Shown here: positions 58,301-64,000 of the stretch, in pieces
How the letters are laid out: every line of letters starts with the position of its first letter
How positions within the stretch are numbered: position 1 is the stretch's first letter
Source of the DNA: Scenedesmus sp. PABB004
Lineage: Eukaryota
DNA: 64,000 nucleotides
Direction: 5' to 3'
Assembly (NCBI GenBank): GCA_014905635.1
Contig: JABVCE010000011.1
Coordinates: 682,001-746,000 of the forward strand
Notes under the pieces: generated by a model
What the model was told of the DNA's origin: nothing
The model's input: only the letters and a program-made list of their open reading frames with translations
Databases searched by the model: none
Position numbers and translations under genes: made by a program

Positions 58301-59271
58301 AGCCCTGCCGAGGTGCTGGCCGCCCTGGAGGCGGCGCTCGCGCTCGACGACGTGACGGAGGCCCAGGCCGGCGGCCTGGGCGGCCTGGCGACCCACAAGC
58401 CCCTAGCGGCTGTTGAGGAGCTGCTGGGCCTGCAGGGCGCGTGGGACCTGGAGTCGGAGGCCATCGCCGGGCTGGCGGCCTCCGCGCTCCAGCTCGGCAA
58501 GACGTCGCTGCTCCTGCAGGTGCTCGCCACGCCCCCGGGGCGTCGGATCGCGGGCGGCGAGCTCGCGCGCCTGCTGGAGCTCGCCGTGGCGGGCGGGCGC
58601 GACGCGGGCCTCGTCGCGCTCTGCTGGCTGCCGGCGGCCGAGGCGGCGCTGGACGCCGAGACGATGACGCGCCTCATCACGGTCGCCATCCAGGTGAGAG
58701 AGAGCGCGTGCGCACACGCACACTGCGTCAGGCGCGGCGCGCGGCCGCGAGGACGCGCGGACGCCGGCCCGCCATGCCCGCGCCGACGCAGCCGCCTGCC
58801 CGCCCGTCCGCCCGCCGCGCGCCGCAGGCCAACTGCTCGCGCGACGTGCTGCTGCGCGTGCTCGGGCTGCAGGCGCCGGGCTATCGCGGCCTGCTGGGCG
58901 CCGCGGCGCTCAGCGGCGAGGCGATCGCGGAGCTGCTCGAGGCCGCGGTTATAAAGCGCGCCTCCAGCTACTCCAGCTACTGGCACTCCGTGCCCGCCCT
59001 CTGCCAGCTCGCGGCGGCGCCCGGCGTCGCGGCGATCCCGGCCGACTGCGTGACGCGCATGCTGCGCACGGCGGTGCGGCTCGGGAGCTCCTGCCTCGCG
59101 GACCTCGCCGCCCTGCCCGCGGCGCGCGCGCTGCCGCCGGCCGCGGCGCGGGAGCTGGTGGAGCACGCGTGGGCGCTCGGCGCGCCGCCGCGCGTGACGC
59201 AGCCGCTCGCGGGCCTGCTGGCGTCCGCGCACGAGGCGGCCGCGGCCGAGCAGCTGCAGCCCCAGGCGTGA
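55394..59271 (+). CDS. Alpha-helical (ankyrin-like) repeat protein, multi-exon
   Basis: Recurrent ~37-aa units of the form LC.LP.A..........LL..A across in-frame exons; TGA at 59269-59271. Confidence 0.65.
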
Positions 59272-59520
59272 GGGGCGGCGGGCTGGCGGCGAGGGCTGCG
59301 TGGGCGAGGAGCTGGCTGGCAGCGGTAGAGAGGGGTGCGAGTAGCTAGCATGCATGCGAGCTGCGGCGGCGCGGGGTGTGTGTGCGCGGAGGAGGCCGGC
59401 AGCCAAGTTGAGCGCGCGCGGCCGCGGCCGCGCGCCGTGTTGACAGGAGCCCAGGGCAACTGTTCCAGGGCAGCGCGCCCCCGCCCGCGCCCCGCCCGGC
59501 CCCGCGCGCCGCGCGCGCCG

Positions 59521-61868
59521 TCACCGCGCCGGCCGGTGCTGCACCGCCGCGCCGCCGGCCTGCAGGCCAGGCATGAAGATTGAGACCGGCTTGGTGTTGT
59601 AGTATGCTGCCGCGGCGCTGCCGTCCACGCCGCCGCCGCCGCCGGCGCCGCCGGCGCCGCCGGCGCCGCCGGCGCCGCCGGCGCGCGCGGGGCGCCGCCC
59701 CGGCTGCGCCTCGCCGCCGCCGAGCAGCCGCGCGCCGCCGCCGGCGTCGTTGGTCACCAGCAGCGGTGCCGCGGGCGGCTTCGCGGGCCCGGGCCGCGCC
59801 GGCGCGCTCATCTTGAGCTGCGTGTACCTGCGGGGGCGCCGCACGCCGCGCGGCGGGGGCGGGGCGTGGGCGCGCGCGCGCGCGCGCGCGGCCGCCGCCG
59901 CCGCGGCCGCCGCGCAGCCGCCGCCGCCGCCGCCGCCGCCGCGTCTGGCGCGGGGCTCCGTCGCTGCCGCTGCCCCCCTCCGCCCGGGCCGCGCCCCGGC
60001 GCCGCCCCCGCCAGCGCGCGCCCTGGCGCGCGGGAGGCCTTCTTCCCCCTCTCCCCCCTCCCCCCGACACAGGGGGACGCACCAGATGATGCCCGCCATC
60101 GCGACGCTCACGCCGGCGAGCTTCTTCGGCGGCATCGCGTCGCCAAAGACAAGGCAGCCGCCGGTGAGGATGATGACCGTCTTCAGGTGCCCCACCACGT
60201 TGTACGTCAGGCTGCTCGTCGCGCCTGGGCGCGCGCCGCCGCGCGGGCGCGGCCGGCGGCGCGTCGGCGCGCCGCGCGCCGCCGCCGCAGCCGCAGCCCC
60301 GCCGGCGGCGCGCCCCGCGCCCTCCCGGCGCCCGCTGCCACGAGCGCGCGCGCGCGCGCGCCGCGCCGCGCTGTGCCACACTGGTGCAGCGCGCCGCGGC
60401 GCGGCGCCGGCGCGGCTCGCGCGCCGCACCGATGACGAGGAAGGTGGAGAGGCTCACGAGCAGGCCGAGCAGCGCGCTGGCGAGGATCGCCGCGACCGCG
60501 GGCGGCGTGTACGCGTAGCCGAGCACGGTGCGCGGCCCGCGCGGCGGCGCCCAGCCGACCGGCTCCATCAGCGGGATGAGCAGCCCCAGCAGCGCGGCGG
60601 CCTGCGGCGTGTACGCGTGCAGCAGCTGCATGCTGCTCGCGCCGAGCTCGCGCTGCTTCGACCCCGCCCACAGCTGGGGGGGAACGGGCGGAGGGCGGCA
60701 GGGCGGGCGCGGGCGCGGGGCAGTGAGGTGCGACGTGGCGGTGGCGGCCGAGGGCCGGGTCGGGACCCCGCCGCAGCTGAGCTGAGCTGAGCTGCGCTGA
60801 GCGGGTGGGCCGCCGGGCTGAGGCCCCGCCCCAGGCAGCAGGCAGCTGCCCCTGCCAGGCCGCCCGCAGACCTGGTACAGCGCCGTCACCAGCGTCGCGG
60901 CGCCGCCGACGGCGAGGCCGAGCAGGTTGGTCGCGACCGCCGCGTCTGTGAGCGTCGCGATCGCGATGCCCGCGCACACGAGCGCGACCGAGGCGACGAC
61001 CTTGGGCGGCGGCACGACGCGGAAGATGAGCAGCTCGAGCGCCATCACCGTCGGCGCGACCGCGATCTTCATGACCTGGCGGGCAGGCGAGAGGGCGGGC
61101 GGGCGGGCGGGCGGAGAGAGGGAGGGCGAGAGGGAGGCAGGGGTGGGCGAGAGGGCGGGCGGTGAGGCGCGACCCGGGCGCGGCGGCGCGGGGGCCGGGC
61201 GCGCGAACCCGCCGCAGCTGCGCTGCGCTGCGCTGCGCTGAGCTGAGCAGGCGGGCGGCCGGGCCGAGGCACCCGCTCCGGACCGCAGGCAGCGGGCAGC
61301 AGGGCGCGCCGCGCCTGGTAGAAGCCGACCGAATTGAGCTTGAGGCTCAGGTTGCACAGCACGATGTACCCCACGTACGCGGCCGCCAGCGGCGACACCT
61401 GCGCAGGCCCAGCGGCGCGCGGCGCGCTCGGGCGGCGGCGCCGCGGGCCGCGCCGCGGGCGCCGCGTGCGCGGCGCGCGCACCTGCGCCGCGCGCAGCGG
61501 CTTGCGCTGGAACATGCCGGCCAGCAGGAAGAGACGCATACCCACCTGCGCCGGCGGCGATCCCCCCGGCGCGCGCTGGGCGGGCGCGCCGCCGCCGCCG
61601 CCGTGACCGCCGCCGCGGCGCCGCCGCCGCCGAAACCACTGCCGTCGCCGCGGCGGGCGCTGCGCACCAGCGTGAAGAGCGTGTGGATCCAGGTGAGCGT
61701 GCAGGTGAAGCCGAAGCCGTAGCCCTGCTTCTCGCTCATCACGAGCTTGTTGGCAAACACGATGCCGCTCGCGGAGGCAATGTTGAGCGCCCCGTACGCG
61801 AGCGGCTTGGCCCAGCGCGCTGCGCCGCCGCCAGGCTCCCACCCGGGGTCGCTGCCGCCTTGCCCCAT
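59521..61868 (-). CDS. Nucleotide-sugar transporter, TPT/DMT family (UXT/URGT-like)
   Basis: NIASASGIVFANK, NLSLKLNSVGFYQ|VMKI, KQRELGASSMQLL and GATSSLTYNVVGHLKT motifs. Confidence 0.92.
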
Positions 61869-62660
61869 GCCGCCCGGCCCAGCGCCGCGTCTTCAACCCC
61901 GGGGAAGGGGGGCCTGCGCGCGCGGCGGCGAGGGCAGCGGCGGCGCGCTGCTGTTCGGCGGCGGGAGCGGCGGCGCGGCGAGAGCAGCGGCGGCGCGCTG
62001 CTGCTCGGCGGTTGCGCCGCTGGCAGCTGCCGCGTCGCCCACCGCCACGGCCTCCTCAAAGCGGCGCGCCTCCCTCCTGCAGGCACCGCGGCTCAGGCTG
62101 CGCCGTTGTTGCGTGGCTGCGGTGGGGGGCCGGCCTCTCGGCAGATGCTGCCCCGACACTGCTGAAGCGAGCCGATCGGCGCCTCCGGCGGCCTGATCGC
62201 GCGCAGTGCGAGGAGCTCAGCCACTTGGGGGGGCGCGGGGCCTGCCGGGCTGGGCGCGGCGGCGGCGATCGTGCGGCGGCGTGCAGCAGGCTTCACGGCG
62301 GCACGTCCAATGCAGGCGTGGCTAGGGCAGAGGCTGCCTCTCAGGGATCAGGCTGCGCGTGCGACTGGAGCCGCGGCGTGGTCGGCGAGCTGCGGTCCGC
62401 TACGCAGGCCGAGGCAGTGCGCGCCCAAACCGCGGCGACGCCGGCGCGGCAGTCTCGACCACCGGTGCCGTCAGCGACCATCACCTTCTAAACCGGCGCA
62501 CCAGGCATGCCGCTCCCCGCACACGCGCGGTGAGGCAGCGGGGCGCGCTGCTCCCGCCGCCGAGTGCGCCCGCCGGCGCGCAGCGAGGCGGCGCCCGGGC
62601 GCGTGCCAAGTCGCGCTCCGCCCACCATCACGACGCGCGGGCGTGCCGACAGGCAGCAGC

Positions 62661-64000
62661 ATGGTGCGCGGCGCCGGGCGCGGCGGGCCTCGAGGAGAGC
62701 AGCAGCAGCGGCGGGCGCGCGCGGCCCGCGGCGCCGCGCTCAGGCGAGGCCCGCGGCCGGCAGCGCCCGTGGTCGCTGTGCCGCGCTGCCTGCCAGCGCA
62801 TGGCCAGGCGACGACGGCAGCGGCGTGGCGACCAGCGCGGCGCGGCGGCGCGCCCGCTGCTGCTGTCGCCCGCGCCAGCTTGCCGCTGTGCGCGCGTGCC
62901 CCACTCCGTGACCTGACGCACCCCCTCCCGTCACACCTCATACGCTGCTGCGTCGGCCTCCGCAGGAGGGCGCGGCGGGAGCGGCGGCTGCCGGTGGCGG
63001 CAGCACCTCCGGCCCGGGCAGCGCGGACGGCGGCGCCGCATCGGACAGGGGCGCCGCATCGGACGGCGAGCGGAGCGGCTGCGAGGCGCAGGGCGAGGAG
63101 GAGGGCGGTGAGGAGGAGCTGCTGGCGAGCGCGTCGCTGAGCAGCGGCGCAGAGAGCAACAGCGCCGGCGACAGCAGCGACAGCGCCGACAGCGCTGACG
63201 CGGGCCGCCAGCGCAAGCGGGCGAGGGCCGGAAGCGCTGACGCGGGCCGCCAGCGCAAGCGGGCGAGGGCCGGCAGCGCCGGCGGCGGCCGGGAGCCCAA
63301 GCGGCCGCGCAGCGTCAACGCACACGAGGTTCTTGTGCAGCATGATGGCAGCCGGCAGGTGGAGACGGTGAGCGGCGGGGTGCGTGCGGCGGCGGCAGCT
63401 TTTGTGCGCGACGGCGGCGCGGCCTCACTGCTGCGCGGGCGCCCCGCGCTGCAATGCGGGTGCAGGGCCAGGTGCTCAAGACCAACAACGGCGGCATTTG
63501 TGTGCACCTCCCATCAGCCTTTGCGGCCGCCGCGTTCCCCGACCAGCCCTGCGACGTGCTCGTGGACGTGACGGTGGACGGCGCGGCGCCAGGTGCGGCA
63601 GGGGGGGGGGGGGGGGCACGCGCAGCCAGCCGCAGAGCTGGTGCGCGCCACTTCTGCATGCACGCTGACGGTGCACGTCGCCCACCGCTCGCCGCCACTG
63701 GCCACGCGTGCAGAGGGCGATGCCTCGCTGGCCATGGGCCGGCTGGCAACGTACATATTCAAAGCTGGCGATGCCAAGTGCACCCTGACCGGCGTCACCC
63801 CCCTGCTGTCGCCCTTTGCCGGCCACGTGCTGACGCGCCTCGTCGCCGCTGCCGGCGGCTGCCAGATCACGCTACACCTGGCGTCGCCGGCCGCTCACCA
63901 CCAGGCCGCGCAGGCGGCGGCAGCGGCGGCGGTCGCGCACAGCGAATGGCAAACGCGCGAGTGCAAGGTGCGCGCGGGCCAGTGCCGCAGCTGGCTGCAG
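62661..64000 (+). CDS. Family X copy 4 (inverted, more diverged, runs off the window)
   Basis: HEVLVQHDGSRQVET, LPSAFAAAAFPDQPCDVLVDV and GRLATY..CTLTGVTPLL motifs; same intron positions as copies 2 and 3. Confidence 0.65.

Noticed and set aside
1..64000. Hundreds of long Arg/Ala/Pro-rich ORFs in the supplied track (e.g. 20087-22711+, 34980-37037-, 52930-55458+)
   Set aside because: Stop codons are scarce at this GC level; these ORFs are antisense, off-frame or intron read-through of the spliced genes

Overview
Very GC-rich (visually about 75-80%), gene-dense, intron-containing eukaryotic nuclear DNA, most consistent with a chlorophyte green alga (Sphaeropleales-like; inference). Most of the supplied ORFs are GC-driven artefacts; the gene models below were built by hand from splice signals. 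Recognisable genes: DCC/DUF393 thiol-disulfide oxidoreductase, class-3 lipase, XRN exoribonuclease, ALKBH8, a histidine phosphatase (PGM-like), an LRR+transglutaminase-like+EF-hand protein (FAP246/LRGUK-like), APRT, an LRR receptor-like protein, DUF1997, mitochondrial uS7, a coiled-coil membrane protein, an alpha-helical repeat protein and a nucleotide-sugar transporter. Three duplicated accessory loci stand out. (A) An F-box-like/LRR family has 4 copies in two clusters, with hypervariable patches. (B) A roughly 9.4 kb secreted multi-domain gene (beta-propeller-like repeats, 8 DUF11 domains, Cys-rich and GACC repeats) was built by intragenic tandem duplication and is preceded by a telomere-like tract. 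(X) A family of putative nuclear proteins has 4 copies and shares its 5' end with the adjacent ALKBH8 gene. No rRNA, tRNA, CRISPR array or transposase was recognised. Family assignments are from motif recall, not database searches, and exon boundaries are unverified by transcripts.
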